Below, piece by piece: positions 48,801 to 60,349 of a stretch of DNA of 64,000 nucleotides. A model generated the notes under the pieces. It was not told the DNA's origin. It did not search any database and saw only the letters and a program-made list of their open reading frames with translations. Position 1 is the first letter of the stretch, and every line of letters begins with the position of its first letter. Source of the DNA: Balanoglossus misakiensis (Eukaryota; Animalia; Hemichordata). The stretch lies in the NCBI GenBank assembly GCA_040954595.2, contig CM082577.2, forward strand, positions 15,631,903 to 15,695,902, in the 5' to 3' direction. Made by a program: the position numbers and the translations under genes.

Positions 48801-48958
48801 AGTGTCAAGTGTGTAGACAGTTGTACCACACTTCATGTGAAAATATGCCAAAAGATGCCTGTTTAACCAATTATCCATTAATATGTTCCCGTTGTCAGAA
48901 GACTTTTTTTTTCAATGTAAATGTATCTTTCATTTCATGCGTATCTGTGTTATGCTGA
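39841..48958 (+). CDS. Ginger1 transposase, 8 exons, ~1766 aa: H2C2-DDE integrase, GPY/F, ~105 Pro-rich repeats, Ulp1 (C48) protease, PHD
   Basis: Exons 39841-39967, 41276-41475, 41595-41845, 42095-42149, 43022-43279, 43752-43859, 44225-44400 and 44833-48958 total 5301 nt in an open frame; CHD..AHIG..CDKC; MDLFGP/SDQGREF/NGLDEK; WLGPY; NHC..YDS..QQIGASDCGLFA; CHCR..CQVC..HTSC..CSRC. Confidence 0.88.
42641..42887. mobile_element. Palindromic MITE-like insertion in Ginger intron 4
   Basis: taacatatcagttgataccaagtcta..ttctttcattcaa / ttgaatgaaagaa..tagacttggtatcaac..ctgatatgtta, with an inner perfect palindrome ccatggaggtacctccatgg. Confidence 0.6.
43572..43668. mobile_element. One arm of the 4383-4727 fold-back MITE
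   Basis: ttaaagggacaaagtctc..ttttccattaattat..atacaagacac..gtggatatatagtgaat. Confidence 0.7.
45001..48145 (+). repeat. Coding 30-bp minisatellite, ~105 units (PPPVSQPT[P/T/I]N)
   Basis: accaccagtatcgcagccaacacccaaccc repeated without indels. Confidence 0.97.
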
Positions 48959-49569
48959 TACTAAATTATTCGCTCATCTTTCCTTGTGTTTTTCTCCAAT
49001 GGTGATAATTGAAATAATACCAGAAGTCTCTCAAAGGTTTCATAAGTTGCATTGATAATGTGATTAAGCCTGCTTGTTATGTGACATTAACTAGGTTTAC
49101 AAGAAAATATATTTTCTTTATTATCAAAATGTCAAACTACCAACACATAATGTAAGGGGTCCAAATGTCGTGTGATACTGTCAGTTGTATGTAAAACAAA
49201 CTTTACTTTTCAATAACTTTGTACATTAACTTAGCATTCTATGCAAAATCTATTTTAGAAAATGTTAAAACTGCTCTAACATGATGAATAACCCGTGAGA
49301 AAGTTCAGTCTTTTCACTTGTCATTTACTGGTTAACCATTTCCTATCATTTGAATATAAGATATATGTACAACAACAGTAACGCCTCAGAAATGCTGATT
49401 TTTTCCCCCAGTGATATTCTCCCATGCATCAACTTCAGCTTGATGTTCTTCTCTGGATAGCTTTATGAAATGTTTAGTCTTTAGCCTGTACTAGCTGTGG
49501 AAACATTGCTATTCGACAAATGAAAATATAATATTAAAGATCATAAATTGAAGTGTACCGTATAAATAT

Positions 49570-50250
49570 TCCTACAGATTCCTGCCTACTTTCCCCCATC
49601 TGCAACCAGTCATTCAAAGTAAGTCAGGGAAGACAAATACAGTCTTGATAATCGCCATGGTAATCGCCGTGGTCGGTTAATCTGCATTAACTTCAATTAT
49701 TCAACATACTGTCAACCCAAGTAAAACCAATTTCAAAAGTTGCCATAAAAACAAGTTCAATATGGTGTTATCTTAATTTAGAGTTTCCAAACAAGTGTGA
49801 ACTGATTTAATTTCCTCTCACAATCATGAACGACAATTTGTAAATTTCAGTTTACAGCAGCGGCCTGTAGCCCTGTGTACAGACAATATGGCAACATTTT
49901 CGGAAATTTCTATTCACAGGCAAACAAAATTATGAAGTGATAATACATCGTTGTCTTTTCATATATCAACAGTCATAGAAAAACGCGCTGAGCTGCGAGC
50001 GACAGATGCACTGAAACGGATCGACATACTTATCGTTGGTTCCTTTGGCTGGTCGAACAATTGAGCTAAATTACAAGTACATGTACATGTAATTGAATGT
50101 GAAAGTCATTTACAATATTGTTTGGGGGTTTAAATTTATTTGCCAGCACGCAGCAGTATCGACTTAAGGCTTGGGCGCTAACTGGCCTCTTGAACCTGTT
50201 CCAAGGGCGCTTCAAGTGTTTAACTGGGGGACCACGCAATCACGCGACCG
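49570..50250. mobile_element. Decayed relative of the 20743-21899 MITE
   Basis: Shared blocks cttgataatcgccatgg, tgaaagtcat.tacaa, gccagcacgcag, gggcgcttcaagtgt. Confidence 0.55.
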
Positions 50251-52459
50251 GTCCGGAAAACTGTTACTAATATACGGTGCGCGTGAAATGTTTAAGAAAA
50301 CAAAGGCAGTCTACTAATTGAATGCGTCGAACGCAAAATTCGGAGAATATTTACATTGGACGTAATTTTTTGTACATTCACCATTGCGCATGCACAGACG
50401 ATCATCGTCGACCACTAAGTCATTTTTCGGCGATAAAAATGCTAATTACTACCAAATGGCTGTGTTAAAATATTGATAAATTATTTATGTTTCATGAAGT
50501 AGAATAAGAAACGGCGTTTAATTTATGTCTATGGCCTGAGTCAATGATGGTATTCACAATACAATACAAATGACTGAAATACACATCCATTTTAATTAAT
50601 AAACTCTCTAGAAATTTATGTTCAATTAAAAGATCGCTGTACACAAATTAAACGAGATGAGGTATGAGGTATATTGACTAGATCATTATTACATTCGGAA
50701 GAAGCAGAAATTAAAACGAAGATCGAAACCTCAGGTCAGTGAATGACAGCATTTAGGCCAGATCGGCTGTGGCTTCGTGGTCTCACAGCCCATAGCCCAA
50801 CACTCGTCATTTAGTAGGGCCAGAAAATGCCAAGTCTAGAAACCACTTGTTCGCCTGTGAGAAAAGCGAAAAAATAGATACACTGCACCGAGAAGAAAAA
50901 AAAATCATGTTGGGAAGTCGTAAAGGGAACTAAGGGGAAGGAGGGAATAAAATGTACTAGTACATTAAATAAGCCTAATTCTGTTTATTGAAATAAAGAA
51001 AACTACAATTATATTAATAAAAGAACAAATGTGAACCGGGGAGGGGTTAGCCTGTATTTCTTCCCGTCGGGTCCATTCTGATTTCCACTCTATTGTCATG
51101 GTGCCGAGTTCAAAAACATTGCCGCAGATCACATTTCGCATAACGCAGTGTTATAAAACCGCGTACAGGTGGGCATGTGCATGCGGTTGGTCACTGACAA
51201 TTTTCCCCTTGGCCGGAGCAACAATATTGCAATACATATAACATTTCCTTATAAAAGCGCTCGTGATCATGTCAGCTCAACAACCTGTGGAACAGTTTTG
51301 GTTTTGTGGAATTTAAAACAGCCTGACTGAGGTCATCTGAGGTCAGCGACGAAACATTCCGCGAAATGCGCGCTATGTGACACGACAGAGCATTATTACA
51401 TGTAGATTAACAAACTAAACTATTGCTCCAACTTAATAGGGGATACATTCGTAGTGTCTGGTCAGGGTTTCGGATAGTGATGACATTATTTCAAAAAGAA
51501 CCAGCCAAGGATGTACAGGAAAAGACTTGTTATCCAGGCTGTACCAGCTTACTAACCGCACCTTGAAGTGTCGGGGTTTCGGATGGTGGTGTGAAGAGAC
51601 AGGAACACGTGTGGAGTAGATTTTATTTAACGCCAATAACTTTTTTTCTTTTCAAAAATGAGCAGCCGTAGACATACAGAACAAGGCCTGTAGTCCAGGC
51701 TGGACTAGGTATTCCCAAGCAGTGTAGATCGCGCGCAGAACAGCGGGCAGCTTGTACGCTGGGCCCCGCAGATAGAAGTACCACTGCCGTGTACAGTAAT
51801 CATCCTCGCGCTCGTTGAGGCTGACTGCGATTGACATAAATTTTACGAAGCTGTACAAAATATCAGTATATTCTGTGTTCGGACGGAAAGAAATTATAAT
51901 CGAAAACCTGCACGAATTGGCTGAGATGCTCGGGCGCGGCCGCGGCCAAGACACAGTCGTTGTTTATTCCACGTAGTGAGGTCGGCTTTGTTATGGGGTC
52001 AAGTTTGGTGTTGGACGTTGTACAGTTTTATCACGTAGTACCACCATGCTACGTGTGGCAAGTTGTGTGTCTTACCGCGCGGCCGATGCCTCCCCTAAGT
52101 TGGCAGTAGTTTCGACTAGAATTTCCACTGCAAACCAAAACATGGTTCATGCACGCAAACTTATGTAAGAGTAAAAGCTCGGGTCATCAGTAACATGTGT
52201 CTGAAATATTGCATTTTCTTGTGTGAAAGTTTTGCCATCCAACGTGCATGTGCATGAATGTACATTGTACTGCACTGTAAACTTGGACATTGCATTACCG
52301 CAAGGATTTAATTTCATTCCACCAACAAATCAGGGCCATGGGCAGATATTCACCCATTTAGGCCGAAACCATTAGCTTTCAATAGTTAACATGACTTTAG
52401 TTGGGGTCTTAATCGGCAACGGGGCTGAAATCGGCAGCTTTACCTGCCGATCTTATCCC

Positions 52460-52531
52460 TTAGAAGCCATGGTTTGTTTGTCAAGGCATGCGCGGGGACG
52501 TATTCGGCATGGTGCCGAATTAGGCACAACA
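52460..52531 (-). repeat. Ginger1 right TIR
   Basis: ttgtttgtcaaggcatgcgcggggacgtattcggcatggtgccgaattaggcacaaca. Confidence 0.9.
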
Positions 52532-52636
52532 CCGGCTGAGAACAGGTTTTAGGTTCTGCGCATCATTTCTGCGCATAACAAATTGTCGTTCGCTGGTGCA
52601 CTGCCAGTTGTGTGATTTCCTGTTGTACCGCTAGCT

Positions 52637-54543
52637 ATGGCTTCACGGCGGCATGCAGAGTTATCTCCAGCTGAGCTGGACAGTATTTTAATCGAAATAG
52701 ACAGTAAGAATACAAGAATGGCGATGAACGGTGCTGTCTCTGTGGTTAAACATTATTTGACTAGCAAGTTCGGGTACGGCGACCGGAAATTGGAGCGGTT
52801 CACGGCGGCGACTCTTGATTCCGTGTTGACAACGTTCTACCCAGAGGTACGTACACAGAAAGGAGAAAAATACTCCCAAAAATCGCTGCAGTCACTTCGC
52901 TATGGCATCCAGCGTTACTACAGTCAACCACCACTGCGCCGTAAGGCTGCATTCACAAACACCTCTGGAGGGGGGGGGCGGGAGAATTCAATTTTTTTTA
53001 CCGGTAATTTTCACATGCCCCCCTTCCGAACTGCCAATATTTTCAAATCCCCCCCTTCCGAACTGCCAAAATTTTGAAATCCCCCCCCCCATTGTCTTTC
53101 ACAGAGCAAAACACATCACCTATCTATCTTGTAAAAAGAAAAACAGCGCTCCCATGAAAAGAATTTTAAACTGATGTTTCCCCTCATCAGTGGGTATTAA
53201 AACTGAACATTGTTTTTATTTTTTAAGTACATATATTTGTATTCTGTGTTTGGAGACTTTGTAAACCGAGAATTGAAGGGGGTGGGTTTGGGAGGGGGTG
53301 TCCCCCTCCCACGTAAGAAAATTTTCTAAAATACAGAGCTCAAAGCTGCATTTTAATGAACCCGGCAAAAGCAAATTAACTCAACTACAGGTATGTTGGG
53401 GAGGACAAATTTAACCGTCGGCACTCAAAGTTATCATGGGGTGGGGCAAGTCCCCTGACCTGGGACACTAGATAAACCAGTCAATGATTGAAAGGTGTTG
53501 ATGAATGGAGGGGGTGGGTGTGGGAGGGGGTGTCCCCCTCCCACATGAGAAAATTTTGTAAAATAAAGGGCGCGAAACTGCAGTTTTGTGGACTCAAAAT
53601 AAATATTTAGTCGTTAAAGTTTTCAAGTCCCCCCCTTTCAGTCCCTAAATTATTTCAAATCCCCCCCCTCACATACCCTCAATTTTTTCAAATCCCCCCC
53701 CTCAATTCTCCCGCCCCCCCCTCCAGAGGTGTTTGTGAATGCAGCCTAACTTTGATATTGTAAATGGCGAAGAGTTTTCTGAAAGCCGCAAGATGTTCAC
53801 GGCCGTATGTAAGCAGCTGAAGAGCCAAGAAAAGGGAAACGTCGTTCACAAGCCAGCGATACTTCCGGGCGACCTCAAGAAACTCGCGAGCTATTTTTCT
53901 CGCTCCGATGTTGATGCCCGCTCTAATTCACAAAGTGTGGTTCAACATCGTGCTTTATTTTTGCCGACGTGGGAGAGAAGGTCAACGGGATCTCCGTGTA
54001 GAACATTTTGAAATAAAGGCGGACGATAGTGGTAACCAGTTTGTCGGTAGTGAAGTAACGAAAAACCATCAGGTCGACGATGACGGGGTGTCGGGTGGTA
54101 TTATGTACGTCAACTCATCAAACCCACTAGAGTGTCCTGTCCGTGCGTTTGAACTGTACGTTTACAAGATGAACCCGGTATGTGATGCTCTATTTCAACG
54201 TCCACGGGATATATATAATGTCAGTGTTAGCGTTTGGTATGAAAACAAACCGATCGGAAAGAACACCCTGTCCGCGATGATGTCAGTCATTTCTGCAGCC
54301 GCGGATCTGAGTCAACGCTATACGAACCACAGCATAAGAGCAACATCGATAACTCTCCTGAGCGAAGCCGGTTTCAACAACAGACACATAATGAGCGTTA
54401 GCTGACACCAAAATGAAGGTAGTATAAGCAGTTACGTGAGAGATACTTCTCTACAGCAGAAGCAGCAAATGGCCGCGACCCTAACAAATGCTACCATGGC
54501 AACAGCAGTTTCTGCAGGCCAAAGCAGTGGTGTGAACGAGTAA
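52637..54543 (+). pseudogene. CryptonA/DUF3504 tyrosine recombinase, disrupted
   Basis: SKNT..LDSVLTTFYPEVRTQKGEKYSQKSLQSLRYGIQRY; VWFNIVLYFCRRGREGQRDL; CPV; YTNHSIRATSIT; MSVS*HQNEGSISSY; MITE insertion, frameshift near 53920, TGA at 54403. Confidence 0.9.
52945..53746. mobile_element. PIF/Harbinger-like MITE inside the Crypton ORF
   Basis: TAA|GGCTGCATTCACAAACACCTCTGGAGGGG...CCCTCCAGAGGTGTTTGTGAATGCAGCC|TAA; removing it restores the frame PPLRRNFDIVNG. Confidence 0.9.
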
Positions 54544-55620
54544 TTTACTAACATTTGAAAGCAACTTATCTGAGGTCCATCTCTGCAGTAATCCCGCATA
54601 TTCACAAGTATAGTTCCTTCCTTTGGTCGTTGCTAAATTTGTGATGAACAGATAGAAGTGATATTACTTGCTATAAAATGCATAATAATATGATTACCTT
54701 TTGTGTGACATAATCAGGCACATATTCTCATTGAATATATTTGAACATAGCGAGTAACACTGATACATGACTATGATTGCTATACACAAGTTGAAGCCAG
54801 TGAACATCGTCCGGCATCGTCGGTTGGCCCTGAATCTGTATATTGTATACATTTACACAGTCTCCCTGCAGTCCTATACTGTGTACGACTCGAACTTACA
54901 CGTTCAACGCACAAAATAATGTACATTCATGGTTCTGTCTACACTGCGTGATGATTGGTTAAACCTGTGAGGAATATGTATAGATTCATGAATATGTATA
55001 TACGAGCATATAAATACAGAGAACGTAGCAAATCTGGTGACATTTCACTATACGGCGGGTTGAGACTCAAGTTTACAGGTAGTCCTGGGCGCTCTTCATG
55101 ACTTCAGCTGGACCGTCGCGTGCTGCGGGTGCCACTCCTCAGGGGAAGACAGCTCTGCAAACCCCAGTGATAAACCCCACGTTATTGGCGTCTGCAGTAA
55201 CGAAAACAACGACGGCAAGCACTATAGTAGCGACGCAGAGCCTTCGCACAGCAGCAACTACAATGGTGCCCGTGCCAATTCGTGAGCGTCTGCACTGTTC
55301 CATCATATGCTAATAGCGTAGCAACCACCGTTAGCAACCGTTCCCGCCCCTTAATTCACCCAATGAAATACAATCGTCTATACATGTCATGGGTCACCAG
55401 AATAAATTATCTTGTTGCCGAAAACGGGGAGAAAATCGGATTTGGTATCGACTTTATCGAAAAGAAACGGCCTAACGGCCATTTTTTGAAATTTCATGAA
55501 ATTGCGTGAGATCGTTGGGGTATAAATCCACTTTCTTGAGTTTTTTGGAGATGTACGGATGGTTATATCGAAAACTCGAGCCACCTTCTCAGGAGTACAC
55601 CAGGTCACATGTGCGGCTAA

Positions 55621-55860
55621 TTTTTAGGTACCATTGGTTTTTACCATGGTACCTTATGGGATCAGTTGCGTCTGTATGTATGTATGTATGTATGTATGGA
55701 TGGATGGATGGTTGGATGGATGTCTGTATGTCCGTCCACATCAAAAACTTGAAAACCGCTGAGCGTATAACCTCGATATTTGGTGTGCAGGTGCAGGCTG
55801 GGCTGTAGATGGGAGTTTGTTCAAATGAAGTTGTCATTGCCAAAAATATGCAAATTAGCA
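55621..55860 (+). mobile_element. HINE-like 5' fragment
   Basis: tttttaggtaccattgg..ccatggtacct hairpin, (gtat)n(ggat)n microsatellite, AT-rich body with aatatgcaaatta. Confidence 0.5.
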
Positions 55861-56513
55861 AACTCAGTAACTCAAGAACTACTGGTCAGATTTACTTCAT
55901 TGAGTTGTTTTAATTAGGCAGGAACTCCCTCCTGTGTTTCATATAAACACAGCAAATTCCTGAATGATTACATAACTGGCTAAGTTTTATAGAGGCCAGC
56001 TTATGGGTCAGTCAGTGTTTGCCCATTGATCTCTCTCTATGTGTGTGCGTGTGTCTGTCTGTATATGGCCATGTACTCTGGTGTAGACTTTTTCTTGTGT
56101 AATCACTCAATGAGACCGCCGTGTCCTTGACGCGATTTTTTATGGGCAGTCGTAGCTGATCAAACTTGGTAAACAAACGGGTAAGTTTAACATGTCAACG
56201 GTCTGATTGGGCCGTCTATTCATTACTATATGTAGAATAGAACCGATTTTCTTCTGAATAATGCGAAAATAAAGCACTTTTAGACTCGATACCATGTGTT
56301 GTCTTGACTGCATTGCTCATCGAGACAGTATAGTGCAGCTGGCGTCAATGTACAGCTGGCGAGCGAGCCAAAGCAGTCTGGTCGATCGCAGAAACCGGAA
56401 GTGATTTTTCGTTTGAAACCGCTAATAACTGGCTGTTCTTGTCTTGGAATATGAACATAGGACCTTTATGTAATAAATACTGTGTTGCTGACGATTTCAT
56501 AAAATCCTAATTA

Positions 56514-57104
56514 GGGACCGTTCAGTTTTTACGGCTGGGGGGGGGGGTCGGCAAGTTTGTGTCATGGGTTCGCAAAATCAGGCCGACCCCCACCCCCCCG
56601 TTCACCGAGGACCCAAAAATGATGACCCCCCCCCCCTTTGACAGGCCAAACAATATGATGAACCCCCCCCCCCCCGCGCCGTAAACATTCTCCGTCCTTA
56701 TCCTATGTACACTGTATGCATTATAGGGAATGAGGGTTCCCACACCACAATTCTAAATTTCTTAAAGTAATTGAAGTATATACTGGTATATCGTTGCAAT
56801 AAGAATGAATAAGAATGAATGACAAAAAACGGCTAGGACTAGGCTATTAGGATTGGTAAAAAAAGAACAGTGTTGGGGGTGGGTGTGGGAGGGGGTGTCG
56901 CCCTCCCACGTGAGAAAATTTTGTAAAATACAGGGCGCGAAACTGCAATTTTGTGGACTCAAAAGCAAAAGTTCGGTGACTAAAGTATGTGACCCCCCTA
57001 AACGTTTAAAACAAACAGATGACCCCCCCCCTTTGGACTTTAAGTGACTCCCCCCTTGGATTTTGCCGACCCCCCCCCCCCGGCCGTAAAAACTGAACGG
57101 TCCC
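56514..57104. mobile_element. PIF/Harbinger-like MITE
   Basis: TTA|GGGACCGTTCAGTTTTTACGGC...GCCGTAAAAACTGAACGGTCCC|TTA. Confidence 0.9.
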
Positions 57105-57714
57105 TTAGTCATTTTGTTTTGTTTATATGCAGTTGGTAGCATGATGCATGATCGCATGCCACAGCAATCAGTCGTTCCCAGAGCATTGAACTTTAAGCTT
57201 GTTGAGAATATTCGTATCCGTCTGCTATGTCTTTGACTAATCATACTGGGACTAAAGAGTGGGAGCTTGCATGAAGGTAAGTAAATGTCGTAGCCATTAC
57301 ACACTACTGAAATAGAAGAATGGTAGATACAAGGAATGCCTGAGCCCCAACAAAAAGTAAATACTACGTAGGCTGTTGCCAAGTTAGAATTAATCTTTAT
57401 TACCTCCATGGATTAATCATAATGAGGGACTAATGCTGGTGAAGAACGAACAACATACATGTATACTACTAGATTTGTTGTGCATTAATTTGATTGCATT
57501 GCAGCTCAACAAGTATAACCATGATATTCCTGAATTTTAAAAAACACATAATGCAAACTCATAGTTCTCACTTCAGATGTGCTGATCCCAAAATTATTGC
57601 ACTTGCAGACCAACAAGACAAAACATTCATTCATTAGATTGAAAAATCAATATTTACAATAAATCCAATTTCAAGGGCATTTCTGTATCGAATTTAATTC
57701 TGTGAGTTTATTGA

Positions 57715-58960
57715 CTATGTCTTTGTTTTTCTCACTATAGGTTGAGGTTTGTGTTTTTGGGTAGCAGGTGAAACCTGTACCCAATGTTCTTTCATGACAC
57801 TTTTCGTGATCTCTAGGCTATCTTTTAGCCCCCTTACATTGAATCGAATAATAATATTTAGGTCAGCATGGATGTGTTCCCCTCCCTGTTCCCCATGAAA
57901 CCCACAGCCAAACCCCCATCTTCTTATCCACGGGACTGTGTGGTCTTCTTATATGTGCATTTTTGGTGATAACTTGGCAGATTTAGACTTTTCTCTGTAG
58001 AAAGCCATTAGCTTGTCAATATTGATTTCTGAAAAGGAAATAATGCAATTTTTGATTAGTTTTTGATTGCTGTTATGAAAACATGTTTTGGTTGAAAGTG
58101 CTGTATGTGATTGATATGCTTTAAATGCGATAACTAAGCTTTTCTTACACAGATGTAGCTGAAATGTATTTAACATCACCAGTATGGCTTGTTTGTGGGC
58201 TGATGTATTGATTGATAATAAACACTTCCAATTCTACCCAATTATCTTGGACATATATTACAATTCAATATACAAGTAGTACCTAGATTGTAATCTCTTC
58301 AGCTTCCATATGGCAGGCTTTGCTGTACGCACGGTGGCACTTGGCAAATAGTTTGAAAAGTGTGTTAAACTTTTCACAAACATCTGTAGCTTCATCTGTG
58401 AAGATTGGTTTTGTGCTCACTACTTGTGTTCTTATGGCTTCAGTGAGGGCATCTATGTTGCCATCCTGGATAAGAAGATATTTGGCTGTATGAGTGACAG
58501 CGTGCGTGTCTGACATCATCTACCATAAACCTGTACCTTACATTCTAGCTGCCTGTCAATCATCATTTTAATACCTTGCAGCCATCTCTCCCTCCCCTTC
58601 TCTCTGACATTACAGCTAAGCATACATGCATGCATAGTGATTACTCATGGTGCCAACACAGAGTGTGTGAGTGTAGTTTGGATTTATGTGTCATTTTTAT
58701 CAGTACACCTGTGATAAGTCTAACTTTGCCTTTATCACCTAATTACAATATAATCTAACCTGCAAACACTTATGTACATGGTTCCCCACGAATGCTTTTC
58801 CATGGTATTCCTGTCGATGTACTTTCATCTTTTGTAAGGTTTCATCGAGTAGTTGCACCAGAGTACCATTTGCTTCCATTTTCTTGTCCAGCTCACCAAC
58901 TTCACTTTCAAACATGTTGAAAAATCTCAAGTAGATGCCCAGATCAAGATGTAGACATAC
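57715..58960 (-). pseudogene. RAG1/Transib/Chapaev-related DDE transposase C-terminal remnant, 3 exons
   Basis: Exons 58960-58760, 58465-58283 and 58028-57715: LHLDLGIY..RQEYHGKAFVGNHVHKCL..FAKCHRAY..SPKMHI*EDH..GFHGEQGGEHIH. Confidence 0.65.
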
Positions 58961-59477
58961 CTATTTATAAGGAGAATCATCCTTATGAGTATAGTGAGAA
59001 GTTACAAGAGTAATGGAAGTGACACCAATAGTAACCATGTGATTTTATTCTTTCAGTGACATGCTGTTATGCATAGACCATGAGGTGAAATATAGTGCAT
59101 GGATTAGGACAGCAGAAAACTACAAAGGTAAGTTCGAAAACAATGCAGAATGCAAGACATAATATACATTGTAATCAAGTAATCACTCAGACATTTCTTG
59201 TACATTCCTAAATGCATGCATTTAAAGAGCCTCTCTTACCTCGAAACACACTTTTGAGGATAAATAATGATTGGGCTTGTGTGTCAAATGCTAGGGTTCG
59301 TTTATTTTATTCTTGAGGATAAAAAATATTAAATTGCCAAATGTTCAGGGCTTACAAAAAAAACGTCTGTTTTGGCCACGCCCAAAACCGTGACGTCACA
59401 AGTGGAACCCAAGAGACTTTTGTTTGTGCCGCAAGTTACATGCGCGCATTCGGCCGTCGTACGTACGTACAAACACA

Positions 59478-59700
59478 TGGCATCAAATGATTTAGGAGTC
59501 GATCCCGTTTGTGGAAGTACCGAAATAGAGTCAGGGTCAAAGCATGAGGATTCAGGGCCACAACCCTATAGATTTGAACCAGTATCTCGCCAGTATTTTG
59601 AACCAGTATCTCACGATCTGGTAGGCATAGTAGTGGACGATGAAGCTGCTGAGTAAAGCACAGATTCACCCGAGCCACCTCGAGACGGAAATGCAGATTG
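59478..59700 (+). pseudogene. N-terminal exon of a P2X7-C-terminus-like protein (type carried by Kolobok-like elements)
   Basis: MAS..PQPYRFEP..RDGNADW followed by a GTAAGT donor; stop at 59654; TTAA-AG putative terminus at about 59222. Confidence 0.4.
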
Positions 59701-59887
59701 GTAAGTAGTGAGTCTGATTGTATTGTTTGTAATCTATAGTTATTGTTGTTGCTGCTGCTGCTGCTGTTGTTGTTTCTCATTCAATATTTTTGGGGGCAAA
59801 TTCGCATAGATCCGCCGTCCATCTTCGGGCGACATTGCAAAATCGCAGCGTACACATAACTGACACGGGGAATTATATTTTCTCTTC

Positions 59888-60216
59888 TCGGGTTGGCCGC
59901 TCGACACCGTACCTACATGCCACATGGTGAATATCACTGTCTGTCCCATAGGTCCTTACACTCTACGTTTTATTTATTCTGTCATCTTTTTGTTTATGAC
60001 TATTGTTTTACGGTTATATATATATTATCTCATTTTGGCGGGTACTGTATTGGAAAAGCCACTTACGTTTTAAGAGTACATCGGGTTGGCCGCTCGACAC
60101 CGCACCTACATGCCACATGGTGAATATCACTGTCTGTCCCATAGGTCCTTACACTCTACGTTTTATTTATTCTGTCATCTTTTTGTTTATGACTATTGTT
60201 TTACAGTTATATATAT
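59888..60216. repeat. ~135-bp direct duplication (193-bp spacing)
   Basis: tcgggttggccgctcgacaccg...gttatatata at 59888 and 60081. Confidence 0.9.
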
Positions 60217-60349
60217 AACAGTATAGAAAACATTTTCCAATTTCCGAAAAACCTCTTTTTTACATAATTATTGCCGAAAAAGGTAGAAAATTATGAAAAC
60301 ATTCCCTATTCTTTGCCAATTTCTAATGAAAAAATTACATAAAGGTATT

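Larger units (their letters stand above)
38755..52531 (+). mobile_element. Complete Ginger1 DNA transposon (13,777 bp)
   Basis: CCGG|TGTTGTGCCGAATTCGGC...GCCGAATTAGGCACAACA|CCGG: ~65-bp TIRs, 4-bp CCGG TSD, intron-containing Gypsy-like integrase with Ulp1 and PHD domains and no RT or LTR. Confidence 0.92.
38597..54543 (+). mobile_element. Crypton element (tyrosine-recombinase DNA transposon) apparently split by Ginger1 and a MITE; right end not identified
   Basis: Crypton-like 5' terminus ttattacacc..cttgattggctga..cacgtgac at about 38597; YR ORF begins about 100 bp after the Ginger right TSD. Confidence 0.55.

Noticed and set aside
55009-55313. TATA-like motif followed by a 71-aa Thr/Ala-rich ORF
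   Set aside because: No domain or splice support; cannot be distinguished from chance
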